The notes beneath the pieces were generated by a model. It saw nothing but the letters and a program-made list of their open reading frames with translations. It searched no databases and had not been told where the DNA came from. A stretch of 32,000 nt of DNA, from NCBI RefSeq assembly GCF_000008565.1, contig NC_001264.1:318347-350346 (forward strand). The letters run 5' to 3'. Positions 20,101-27,271 of the stretch are shown one piece after another. A program made the position numbers and the translations under genes. This DNA comes from Deinococcus radiodurans R1 = ATCC 13939 = DSM 20539 (GTDB lineage Bacteria > Deinococcota > Deinococci > Deinococcales > Deinococcaceae). Each line of letters begins with the position of its first letter. Positions within the stretch are counted from its first letter, which is position 1.

Positions 20101-20452
20101 CCGCGCTTACGGCCTGGGCGCGCAGGCGATGGCTGCGGGGAGCCTGCACGCCCCCGCCCTGACCGTGTCCTGGCCCGGCGGCGAGTTCGGGCCGATGGGC
20201 CTGGAAGGCGCCGTGCGGCTGGGCTACCGCCGCGAACTGGCCGCCGTGAGCGACCCCCAGGAGCGCGAGGCCCTTTATCAGAAGCTGGTCGCGCAGGCCT
20301 ACGCCCAGGGCGAAGCGGTCAACGTGGCCGCGCACCTCGAAGTGGACGCCGTGATCGATCCCGCCGAGACCCGCAACTGGCTTTTGCGGGCGCTGCGGGT
20401 GTCTCCGTACTCGGCGCAGCGCCGGGAAGGCGGGCTGGTGGACCCCTGGTAA
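17177..20452 (+). CDS. single-chain multidomain acyl-CoA carboxylase: biotin carboxylase, BCCP, carboxyltransferase (1091 aa)
   Basis: Biotin carboxylase domain: VLIANRGEVAVRI, glycine loop GGGGRGMRVV, FIEANPRLQVEHTVTE. Biotinyl domain: VVEAMKIEFQIEAP, with the Lys codon at 18743-18745. The C-terminal ~515 aa are PccB/AccD-like carboxyltransferase (ARENVAALLDAGSFNEHG, DYTVLAGTQG, LFAEGGGGRPGD, VVTRRAYGLGAQAM). The listed start at 16661 is an over-extension. Confidence 0.9.
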   Translation: MTPRVLIANRGEVAVRIERAVSALGWQSVAVYAPDDAGSLHVRRADEAVALSGRGAAAYLDGAALLRVAQEHAATHVHPGYGFLSENADFARACAQAGLVFVGPDPDTLDLFGDKSRARGLAQRLGVPVIPGTDGATTLEEAAAFMQAQGGAPVMLKACSGGGGRGMRVVRQAGDLAAAFEQASREARLAVGQGDLYAERLIERARHIEVQVAGDGQSVTHLWERDCTVQRRHQKLLEFAPAPHLPQAVRTALIGAALQLAQEVKYRCLGTFEFLVTPGGDFYFIEANPRLQVEHTVTEEWCGTDLVTAQLRLAAGETLTAVGLATQPADAAPPPGQAVQARVNMETLGADGQVHVGGGQVQTFTPPGGPGVRVDTFVTTGLTPSPQYDALLAKVVVHRRDAALPGLLRQAATALSEFQIAGVSTNLAFLQALLHHPDVQHYELSTHWLDERLPELVTQAAEYDDVSASTQAPTSSGPSPLPDATPGTERLTAPTTGMLVAYDVHPGQRVRRGECLAVVEAMKIEFQIEAPRDGQVVACHLTAGSSVTLGQPLLDLAADEGADDAVAAEEERDLDALPASYADWQRRLRATTDEARPAAVEKRHAAGKLTARENVAALLDAGSFNEHGALALAAQRGRRSEEELLALSPADGLITGVGTVNAGQFPDTAACAVAAYDYTVLAGTQGYFNHHKLDRLIALAGQWKWPLVLFAEGGGGRPGDTDMPVAAALVTPTFLNFAALSGQVPLVGVAAGACFAGNAALLGCCDVVIATRDSSIGLGGPAMIEGGGLGVVAAGDIGPAEVLAQKGVVDLLAENDAEANELARRYLTYFQGDVTGWEAADQRELRWVIPQVRKRAYDVRALLHLLADTGSVLELRRAFAPGLLTALVRIGGKAFGVIANDPAVLGGAIDAAGADKAARFLNLCDTHRLPVLSLVDTPGFMVGPASEAEGAVRHVSRLFVRAAKLTVPFFAVVTRRAYGLGAQAMAAGSLHAPALTVSWPGGEFGPMGLEGAVRLGYRRELAAVSDPQEREALYQKLVAQAYAQGEAVNVAAHLEVDAVIDPAETRNWLLRALRVSPYSAQRREGGLVDPW

Positions 20453-20453
20453 C

Positions 20454-21290
20454 TCAGCGGCGCAGCACGAGCGGCGCGGCCCCGAACAGGTCGTGTCGCA
20501 CCTGCTCACGGAGCTGCCGGGCGGCGTGGTCGAGTGCCGGTCCCGTCGCCGCCACGCCGCGCGCCCAGACGGCTCCCCCGGCGCTGAGGCCACTCGCCCA
20601 GCCCGGCGCCGTGGTCGGCGACTCGGCTGCTGGGCGTCCGGCAGCCGAGTCGCCGGCCACCCACACGCCGCTGGCGAAGTAATCGTTACCGCCGAGCACC
20701 CCCGGCGCGCGGCTGTGCGGCCCCGGCCTGAAGTGCTGGCGGTCGAGGTAGACGCGCTCCTGCGCAGCGTACACGCTGACCTCGCTGCGGTAGTCGGCCC
20801 AGGCGAGCCGCTCGCCCATCTGCACCCGCCCGCTCGCCAGGGTTTCGAGCAGCCCGAACTCGGCCCCCGCGCCCAAATCAGCCCGCAAGTGCTGGCGAAA
20901 GCGGCTGCCCGCAAAGGGCAGGGTGCGCTCGGGGTAGTACTCCAGCCGTGCCCCGACCCCGACGTGAAAGTGCAGTTCCTGGGTGGCCCACTCGCCCCCC
21001 GGTGAGGGCTGCACCCGCGTGGCCGACTGCGTGAGGATAAGCACCCGTGTTCCCGCGCCCGCCTCCACGTGAATCTCGCTGTGGTCGCCGCCGAGCACGC
21101 CGCCGGTCGGGTTGACGATAAAGACCATCAAGGTGCCGCACGGCAGACGGAAGGGCCGCACCACCATCAGAGGCGCTTTTTGCAGGTCGCGCAGCAGCGC
21201 CGTTTGCCCGTGCCGCACGCCGAATTCGAGTTCGAGGCGCCCGGTGCGGGTGCGGCGGCCCAGGCTGACGGGCGTTCCCAGCGTAGTCAA
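20454..21290 (-). CDS. ureD: urease accessory protein UreD/UreH
   Basis: UreD hallmark [10 protein letters not shown], plus [16 protein letters not shown]. It is the last gene of the urease operon. The TTG start overlaps the ureG stop (TTGA). Confidence 0.85.
   Translation of the reverse strand: MTTLGTPVSLGRRTRTGRLELEFGVRHGQTALLRDLQKAPLMVVRPFRLPCGTLMVFIVNPTGGVLGGDHSEIHVEAGAGTRVLILTQSATRVQPSPGGEWATQELHFHVGVGARLEYYPERTLPFAGSRFRQHLRADLGAGAEFGLLETLASGRVQMGERLAWADYRSEVSVYAAQERVYLDRQHFRPGPHSRAPGVLGGNDYFASGVWVAGDSAAGRPAAESPTTAPGWASGLSAGGAVWARGVAATGPALDHAARQLREQVRHDLFGAAPLVLRR
20616..20655. repeat. perfect 15-bp inverted repeat (10-nt loop) inside the ureD coding sequence
   Basis: CGGCGACTCGGCTGC (20616-20630) pairs with GCAGCCGAGTCGCCG (20641-20655). 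Both strands translate to the same peptide [13 protein letters not shown], visible in ORFs 20454..21290(-) and 19684..20682(+). Confidence 0.8.
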
Positions 21291-21928
21291 AGACCGACCC
21301 GTGGCGGCGTCACGTCCCGAAACAGCAGGTCGTGCTCGATCCAGGCGATGATTTCGTCCACGCCCGCCCCGCTTTTGAGGTTGGTGAAGACGTAGGGGCG
21401 TACTTCATCTCCAGCCCTGCGCTGCGCCCGCGCGTCGGCATCCATCACGCGCAGGTCGGCGCCCACCAGCGGAGCGAGGTCGGTCTTGTTGATGACGAGC
21501 AGGTCGGAGTGCCGGATGCCGGGGCCGCCCTTGCGCGGCACTTTTTCGCCGCCCGCCACGTCGAGGACGAACAGCCAGGCGTCCACCAGCTCGGGCGAAA
21601 AGGAGGACGCGAGGTTGTCGCCCCCCGACTCAATGAACAGCAGTTCGAGGCCGGGAAACTCGCCTTGCAGCGCCTCGACGGTTTCCTGATTGAGCGAACT
21701 GTCTTCCCGGATGGCGGTGTGGGGGCAGCCGCCGGTCTGCACGCCGCGGATGCGTTCAGGGGCCAGCGCGGCGGCGCGGGTCAGGATGCGCTGGTCCTCG
21801 AAGGTGTAGATGTCGTTGGTGATGACGGCGAGGTCGTAACGGTCGCGCAGCTCGCGGCACAGCACTTCAAGCAGCGCGGTCTTGCCGCTGCCGACCGGGC
21901 CGCCGACGCCGATTTTGAGGGGAGTCAT
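21287..21928 (-). CDS. ureG: urease accessory GTPase UreG
   Basis: Internal ATG at 21928 follows AAAGGA. P-loop [15 protein letters not shown] metal motif ([11 protein letters not shown]), ESGGDNL and NKTDLAP. Confidence 0.95.
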   Translation of the reverse strand: MTPLKIGVGGPVGSGKTALLEVLCRELRDRYDLAVITNDIYTFEDQRILTRAAALAPERIRGVQTGGCPHTAIREDSSLNQETVEALQGEFPGLELLFIESGGDNLASSFSPELVDAWLFVLDVAGGEKVPRKGGPGIRHSDLLVINKTDLAPLVGADLRVMDADARAQRRAGDEVRPYVFTNLKSGAGVDEIIAWIEHDLLFRDVTPPRVGL

Positions 21929-21948
21929 AGCAACATTCCTTTCTGCTT

Positions 21949-22590
21949 TCAGCTCTGAAAAAGCCGCTGGTCGAGGGTGGCCTGCTCCTGCGCGGCGATG
22001 TCGAGCAGGGGGGCGAAGCCGCCGAGGTCGTCGGGGGTGGCGCTCAGGGCAAAGCCGACGCACGACTGCGCCGCCGCCTCGCAGCGGGCCGCGCAGCGCT
22101 GGGCGTCCAGGCCGCCGAGTTTCATCAGCCGGGTGGCCGAGGTCACGCGCCCGAGCAGCCAGGCCGAGACGTAGGCGGTCATGGCGTCCTCGCGGCCCGC
22201 CCCCAGCACGCAGGCGACGGCGCCGAAGGTGGTCGCGTGGTGCGTGGTGGGCGGCACCCCGGCGAGCTCGTCCGGCCAGAGGTGACGCGCCGCCCGGCGC
22301 AGGTTGGCCCCGACCCGCAGGCTGGCGCGGCGCGGGCCTTCGACCAGCTTGAGGTCGCTCAGCAGGGCGTCGAGGTCGCTGAGGTCATCGGCACCCGCCC
22401 CCCACGCCAGCGCACAGGCGGGCGCGTCCTGCTGCCCCCAGCCGTGCGCGAGTTGCCCGGCGAGAAAGGCGGCGAGGTCGTCGGCGGTCCGCACTTCGCC
22501 GCGCTGCGTCAGGGTTTCGAGGCCGTCGCTGAAGGCGTAGGCCCCGGTGGGAAAGGCCGAATCGGCGAGTTGCAGCAGGCGCAGGTTCAT
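21949..22590 (-). CDS. ureF: urease accessory protein UreF
   Basis: The N-terminus [23 protein letters not shown] is typical of UreF. The ATG overlaps the ureE stop (ATGA at 22587-22590). Confidence 0.9.
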   Translation of the reverse strand: MNLRLLQLADSAFPTGAYAFSDGLETLTQRGEVRTADDLAAFLAGQLAHGWGQQDAPACALAWGAGADDLSDLDALLSDLKLVEGPRRASLRVGANLRRAARHLWPDELAGVPPTTHHATTFGAVACVLGAGREDAMTAYVSAWLLGRVTSATRLMKLGGLDAQRCAARCEAAAQSCVGFALSATPDDLGGFAPLLDIAAQEQATLDQRLFQS

Positions 22591-23054
22591 CCCTCGTGCT
22601 CCCAGCTCGGGCGCCCGTGAAAAGGCCGCGTCTCGCGCGTAAATGGCACGCCCAGCCGCGTGAGCAGCAGCTCGATGGGGGCGTCCCAGGGGGTCAGGAA
22701 AGCCCCTGCGTCTTCCACGAAATCGCGGTGCAGGTTGCCCACGGCGTGCGCGGTGTGGGCGGCCTCGGCCAGCGTGCGCGGCACCACGACTGCGACGTCC
22801 TCGGGCGCGGCGCTCACCACGTAACTCACGCCGCCCCGCGTGCCCAGCACGGTGCCGGGGCTGAGGACCGTGCCTGTGGGAAAGGCAAGCTGCAACTCGG
22901 CGCCGTCCGGAGCGTGCAGGCGGCGGCGCACCCGGCGGCGGTCTACGGCGGTCAGGGGGACTTCGACCTGTGGCCCGTCTATCGCCTGTTCCGGCGCTTG
23001 CTTGGCCCCAGCGATAGGCAACAGCGGGCGGCGCAGGCCGGTCAGCCTCGTCAA
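22587..23054 (-). CDS. ureE: urease metallochaperone UreE (no His-rich tail)
   Basis: The TTG at 23054 overlaps the hypB stop (TTGA). UreE-like AHAVGNLHRDF block. Operon position is between hypB and ureF. The listed 291-aa ORF is an over-extension. Confidence 0.8.
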   Translation of the reverse strand: MTRLTGLRRPLLPIAGAKQAPEQAIDGPQVEVPLTAVDRRRVRRRLHAPDGAELQLAFPTGTVLSPGTVLGTRGGVSYVVSAAPEDVAVVVPRTLAEAAHTAHAVGNLHRDFVEDAGAFLTPWDAPIELLLTRLGVPFTRETRPFHGRPSWEHEG

Positions 23055-23710
23055 CGCTCGCCCCGCACGAAGGCGTACCAGGCGTCCAGCCCTTCGCCCT
23101 GGCGGCTGCTCAGTTCGATGACCGGCACGCCGGGCCGCGCCCGGTCGATGTTCTCGCGGCACAGGGCGCGGTCGAAGCCCACCGCGTCGGCAATGTCCAT
23201 TTTCGTAATCACCACCACGTCCGCCGTGTTGAACATGGTGGGGTACTTCAGCGGCTTGTCCTCGCCCTCGGTGGTCGAGATGAGCACGGCGCGCGCCGCT
23301 TCGCCGAGGTCGTAGGAACTCGGGCACACCAGGTTGCCCACGTTTTCCAGAAACAGCACGTCGAGGGCCGCGAGGTCGAAGCGCGGCAGCACCTCGCCCA
23401 CCATCGCCGCGTCGAGGTGGCAGACGGTGCCGGTGACGATCTGCTCGGCCTGCGCGCCCCACTGCCGCAGCCGCGCGGCGTCGTTGTCGGTGGCGAGGTC
23501 GCCCACCGCCACCGCCATGTTCAGCCCCCTGGCAAGGTCACGCAGGGTGCGTTCGAGCAGCGCCGTCTTGCCCGCGCCGGGGCTGCTCGCGAGGTTGATG
23601 GCCCGCACGCCCGCCGCCTCGAAAGTCCGGCGATTCTCGGCGGCAGTGTGATCGTTGGCTTTGAGGATGTTCTGACGAACGGTGACGATTCGGGGAGCAG
23701 TCGCAGTCAT
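23051..23710 (-). CDS. hypB: nickel-insertion GTPase HypB (G3E family)
   Basis: P-loop SSPGAGKTALLE, the CH motif (TVCHLDA), and ENVGNLVCPSSYDLGE typical of HypB. There is no N-terminal His stretch. Confidence 0.9.
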   Translation of the reverse strand: MTATAPRIVTVRQNILKANDHTAAENRRTFEAAGVRAINLASSPGAGKTALLERTLRDLARGLNMAVAVGDLATDNDAARLRQWGAQAEQIVTGTVCHLDAAMVGEVLPRFDLAALDVLFLENVGNLVCPSSYDLGEAARAVLISTTEGEDKPLKYPTMFNTADVVVITKMDIADAVGFDRALCRENIDRARPGVPVIELSSRQGEGLDAWYAFVRGER

Positions 23711-24069
23711 AGATTCTCCAATTCAAGCTGGTCTAATTCGAGCTGATCTAATTCAAGTTCGTCGCCTTGCAAGAGCCTCGGCGTGGGCGCTCCGCACAGC
23801 GGACAGCGTAGGCCCCGCCAGACTTCCAGTTCGACGGGGCCGTGCTGCGGGCACTCGCCGACGCCCGGCACCCGCTCGATGCTCAGGCGCGCTCCGGCGA
23901 GCGGCGTGCCCTCGGCGCAGGCGGGAAACGCGGCGGCCAGCGCTTCAGGCACCACGCTCGACCACTGCCCCACCCGCACGGTCAGCGCCGAGGCGCGGGC
24001 GGCGCCGTGTTCGCGCAGCACGTCGCCGGCCACGTCGATGAGCGCGAGGGCGATGGAAGCTTCGTGCAT
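23707..24069 (-). CDS. hypA: nickel metallochaperone HypA
   Basis: N-terminal MHE nickel motif. The zinc-site region reads ECPQHG-x12-CPLCG. The ATGA overlap with hypB is at 23707-23710. Confidence 0.85.
   Translation of the reverse strand: MHEASIALALIDVAGDVLREHGAARASALTVRVGQWSSVVPEALAAAFPACAEGTPLAGARLSIERVPGVGECPQHGPVELEVWRGLRCPLCGAPTPRLLQGDELELDQLELDQLELENL
23718..23762. repeat. 3 x 15-bp tandem repeat encoding the acidic LELDQ-repeat C-terminus of HypA
   Basis: The units are CCAATTCAAGCTGGT, CTAATTCGAGCTGAT and CTAATTCAAGTTCGT. They are locally AT-richer than the surroundings and translate on the minus strand to ELELDQLELDQLELENL. Confidence 0.8.
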
Positions 24070-24081
24070 AGGTCGAAATCC

Positions 24082-24639
24082 TCAACCGAGCAGCAGGCCG
24101 ATGCCGGCCAGAGCGACGCCGCCCCCCACCAGGCGGCGGGTCCAGACGCCCCGCGCCCCCAGCCGGCCCAGGCCATAGCCGGCAGCGTGGAGGCCGACCG
24201 TGCTGAGGGTGAACCCCGCGAAAAACTCGGCGGCGCTCAGGCCTGGCGGCAGTTCGGTGCCGTGAGCGTGACCGTGAAAAAGGCCCATTACCCCCACCAC
24301 GGCGGCGAGGGCCGGAAGACTCAGCCGGGCTGTGAAAGCCAGCAGCAGCCCCAGCACCGTCACACTCAGGGCCACGCCCTGTTCGACGAACGGCAGATGA
24401 ACGCCGTGGATGCCCAGCAGGCCGCCCAGCACCATGGCCGCCACAAACGCCAGCGGCACCAGCAGACCCCGGCGGCCAAACGGCGCGGCCAACACGCCCA
24501 CCGCCACCATCGCCAGCAGGTGGTCGAGGCCCGACAGGGGATGAGCCACCCCCGCCGCGAAGCCCGCAGCGTGCTGGCCGGAATGGGCCAGGGCCGACGA
24601 GGCCAACAGCAGAACCGACAGAACACGGATTTTCTTCAT
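24082..24639 (-). CDS. ureJ: HupE/UreJ-family nickel (cobalt) uptake membrane protein
   Basis: Signal peptide then ...AHSGQHAAGFAAGVAHPLSGLDHLLAMV, the HP-x-x-G-x-DH signature. Six hydrophobic helices. AAGGTGG lies upstream of the ATG. Confidence 0.85.
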   Translation of the reverse strand: MKKIRVLSVLLLASSALAHSGQHAAGFAAGVAHPLSGLDHLLAMVAVGVLAAPFGRRGLLVPLAFVAAMVLGGLLGIHGVHLPFVEQGVALSVTVLGLLLAFTARLSLPALAAVVGVMGLFHGHAHGTELPPGLSAAEFFAGFTLSTVGLHAAGYGLGRLGARGVWTRRLVGGGVALAGIGLLLG

Positions 24640-24652
24640 CAGACCACCTTTT

Positions 24653-26359
24653 TCAGAATAGGAAGTACTTCTGCGCCAGCGGCAGTTCGTCCACCGGCTC
24701 GCAGGTCACGAGTTCGCCGTTCACGCGCACCTCGTAGGTCTCGGGGTTGACCTGAATATCAGGCGTCTCGGCGTTGAGCTGCATGTCTTTTTTGCCGATG
24801 TCGCGGGTGTGTTTCACGGCGCTGTAGCGGCGGCCCACGTCGGGCAAGTGTCCGCCTTCCAGCCCCGCCTGAGACACGAAATGCAGGCAGGTGGCGTCCG
24901 GGCAGCCCCCATAAGCGGCGAACATCGGGCGCGGGTAGACCGGCTGCGGCGTGGGAATGCTGGCGTTGGCGTCGCCCATCTGCGCGGCGACCACCAGACC
25001 GCCCTTGAGAATCAGGCTGGGCTTGGCCCCAAAAAAAGCCGGGCTCCACAGCACGAGGTCGGCGAGTTTGCCGACTTCCACGCTGCCGACTTCGTGGCTG
25101 ATGCCGTGGGCGATGGCGGGGTTGATGGTGTACTTGGCGACGTAGCGCCGGGCGCGGAAGTTGTCGGCGCGGCCATCGGGCGCAAGCGGCCCGCGCTGCA
25201 CCTTCATCTTGTGCGCGGCCTGCCAGGTGCGGGTAATCACCTCGCCCACGCGCCCCATCGCCTGCGAGTCGCTGCTCATCATCGAGAACACGCCCAGGTC
25301 GTGCAGCACGTCCTCGGCGGCAATCGTTTCGGGGCGAATGCGCGACTCGGCAAAGTGCACGTCCTCGGGAATGCGCGGCGAGAGGTGGTGGCAGACCATC
25401 AGCATGTCGAGGTGCTCGTGGATGGTGTTCACCGTAAACGGCATGGTGGGGTTGGTGCTGCTCGGGAGGACGTTGGGCAGCCCCGCCACCCGGATGATGT
25501 CCGGCGCGTGCCCGCCCCCGGCGCCCTCGGTGTGAAAGGTGTGGATGGTGCGCCCGGCGAAGGCCCGAATGGCGTCCTCGACGAAGCCCGACTCGTTGAG
25601 GGTGTCGGTGTGGATGGCGACCTGCACGTCGTAGTCCTCGGCGACGCTGAGCGCGGCGTGAATGGCGGCGGGGGTGGTGCCCCAGTCCTCGTGCAGTTTG
25701 AGGCCGAGCGCCCCGGCCCGAATCTGCTCGGCCAGCGGAGGCTGGGTGCTCGCGTTGCCCTTGCCGAGCAGCCCGAAATTGAGTGGCAGCCCGGCGAGGC
25801 TCTCCAGCATCCGGTGAATGTGCCACTGGCCCGGCGTGCAGGTCGTGGCCGAAGTGCCCGCTGTGGGGCCGGTGCCGCCGCCAATCATGGTGGTCACGCC
25901 CGACTCGAGCGCCGTCCAGCACTGCTGCGGCGCGATGAAATGGATGTGGGTGTCCACCCCGCCCGCCGTGAGAACCAGGCCCTCGCCCGCCACTATTTCG
26001 GTGCTCGCGGCGATGGTCAGCCCCGGCGTCACGCCGTCCTGGGTGCCGGGGTTGCCCGCCTTACCGATGGCCGAGATGCGCCCGTTTTTGACGCCCACGT
26101 CGGCCTTGATAACGCCCCAGTAATCCAGAATCAGCGCGTTGGTGATCACGAGGTCGGGGACGTTGGCGTCGTCTCGGGTGGCGGCGCTGCTCTGGCCCAG
26201 GCCGTCGCGGATGACCTTGCCGCCGCCGAATTTGACCTCCTCACCGTAGGTCGTCAGGTCGCGCTCGACCTCGATAAGCAGCTCGGTGTCGCCGAGGCGC
26301 ACGCGGTCGCCCACCGTGGGGCCGTAAAGGTCGGCGTACTGCTGGCGGCTGACTTTCAC
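24653..26359 (-). CDS. ureC: urease alpha (catalytic) subunit UreC
   Basis: [24 protein letters not shown] (carbamylated-Lys context), [27 protein letters not shown] and MLMVCHHL. The GTG start overlaps the ureAB stop (GTGA). Confidence 0.97.
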   Translation of the reverse strand: MKVSRQQYADLYGPTVGDRVRLGDTELLIEVERDLTTYGEEVKFGGGKVIRDGLGQSSAATRDDANVPDLVITNALILDYWGVIKADVGVKNGRISAIGKAGNPGTQDGVTPGLTIAASTEIVAGEGLVLTAGGVDTHIHFIAPQQCWTALESGVTTMIGGGTGPTAGTSATTCTPGQWHIHRMLESLAGLPLNFGLLGKGNASTQPPLAEQIRAGALGLKLHEDWGTTPAAIHAALSVAEDYDVQVAIHTDTLNESGFVEDAIRAFAGRTIHTFHTEGAGGGHAPDIIRVAGLPNVLPSSTNPTMPFTVNTIHEHLDMLMVCHHLSPRIPEDVHFAESRIRPETIAAEDVLHDLGVFSMMSSDSQAMGRVGEVITRTWQAAHKMKVQRGPLAPDGRADNFRARRYVAKYTINPAIAHGISHEVGSVEVGKLADLVLWSPAFFGAKPSLILKGGLVVAAQMGDANASIPTPQPVYPRPMFAAYGGCPDATCLHFVSQAGLEGGHLPDVGRRYSAVKHTRDIGKKDMQLNAETPDIQVNPETYEVRVNGELVTCEPVDELPLAQKYFLF

Positions 26360-27042
26360 TGTGCGCCCCCGAAACCCGCCGCCCGGGCGCCTTCGAGCGC
26401 GGCCTCGCGGGTGCCCGGCGCGTCGAGGTCGCCGTTCACCAGCGCGTTCATGCCGTACACGGTGCGACTTCCGCCGAGCGGCACGAGGTCCACTTCCCTT
26501 TCCTCACCGGGCTCGAAACGCACAGCGGTCCCGGCGGGGATGTTGAGGCGGAAACCATACGCGGCGGCTCGGTCGAAACGCAGCCCGGCGTTCACCTCGA
26601 AAAAGTGAAAGTGGCTGCCCACCTGCACCGGGCGGTCAGCGGTGTTGGCGACGGTCAGCGTGGTGACGGGCCGCCCGGCGTTGAGTTCAATCTCGCCACC
26701 TTCCAGCAGGTACTCGCCCGCCACCCGCCGGCTCGCCGCGCCGCGAATGGGGTCGTGGACGGTGACGAGCTTGGTGCCGTCGGGGAAGGTGCCCTCGACC
26801 TGAATCTCGTGAATCAGCTCTGGCACGCCGTCGAGCACGTCGTCGGGCGTCAGGATGGCCGCGCCGAAGCTCATCAGGTCCTCGACCCGCCGCCCGTCGC
26901 GGATGCCTTCGAGGACTTCAGCGGTAATGAGGGCGACCGCCTCGGGGTGGTTGAGTTTCAGCCCTCTGGCGCGGCGTTCGCGGGCGAGCTGGGCCGCCGT
27001 GAAAATCAGCAATTTGTCGCGCTCTCGTTCGGTGAGTTGCAT
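26356..27042 (-). CDS. ureAB: fused urease gamma-beta subunit (UreA-UreB)
   Basis: Residues 1-100 are the gamma subunit ([39 protein letters not shown]...TVHDPI). A short linker follows. Then comes the beta subunit ([36 protein letters not shown]...[10 protein letters not shown]) and a ~20-aa tail. GGAGGA lies 7 nt upstream of the ATG. Confidence 0.93.
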   Translation of the reverse strand: MQLTERERDKLLIFTAAQLARERRARGLKLNHPEAVALITAEVLEGIRDGRRVEDLMSFGAAILTPDDVLDGVPELIHEIQVEGTFPDGTKLVTVHDPIRGAASRRVAGEYLLEGGEIELNAGRPVTTLTVANTADRPVQVGSHFHFFEVNAGLRFDRAAAYGFRLNIPAGTAVRFEPGEEREVDLVPLGGSRTVYGMNALVNGDLDAPGTREAALEGARAAGFGGAQ

Positions 27043-27180
27043 GCAGGCGTCCTCCGGGGGCCGGCGCGGGGGGGGGCCAGCGCATCCCAGGCTGAACGTA
27101 CAGGGGTTGAAAAACCAGAGGAAAACATTTTCTAAACAACTGTCGTCTTCTGGCAGATACCACCGCCTAACCTACACCTG

Positions 27181-27222
27181 TTTGTGCGTTTTGTTCAAAA
27201 AATTTTTGACAAATTGCACAAA
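27181..27222. promoter_or_regulatory. 42-bp AT-rich imperfect palindrome between the divergent urease and urt operons (candidate operator/promoter core)
   Basis: TTTGTGCGTTTTGTTCAAAAAATTTTTGACAAATTGCACAAA. The outer arms are TTTGTGC (27181-27187) and GCACAAA (27216-27222). The inner arms are TTGTTCAAAAAA and TTTTTGACAA. It contains a consensus TTGACA hexamer (27206-27211). Confidence 0.4.
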
Positions 27223-27271
27223 TTTGGCTCAGTGGAGGAACCCCGACCGCTGAATCACCAGGAGGCTGCCC

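Noticed and set aside
24809-26608. 599-aa plus-strand ORF. The same class includes 18395..20914(-) 839 aa, 7872..9314(+) 480 aa, 27167..28615(-) 482 aa, 28781..30718(-) 645 aa, 9582..10847(-) 421 aa, 6923..7981(+) 352 aa and 31108..31995(-) 295 aa.
   Set aside because: All are antisense or out-of-frame shadows of confidently identified genes (ureC, carboxylase, mbnP/mbnH, urtA-C, MBL-rhodanese, urtE). Their translations are Arg/Gly/Pro/Ala/His-rich with no motifs, which is the expected artefact of stop-codon scarcity in high-GC DNA.
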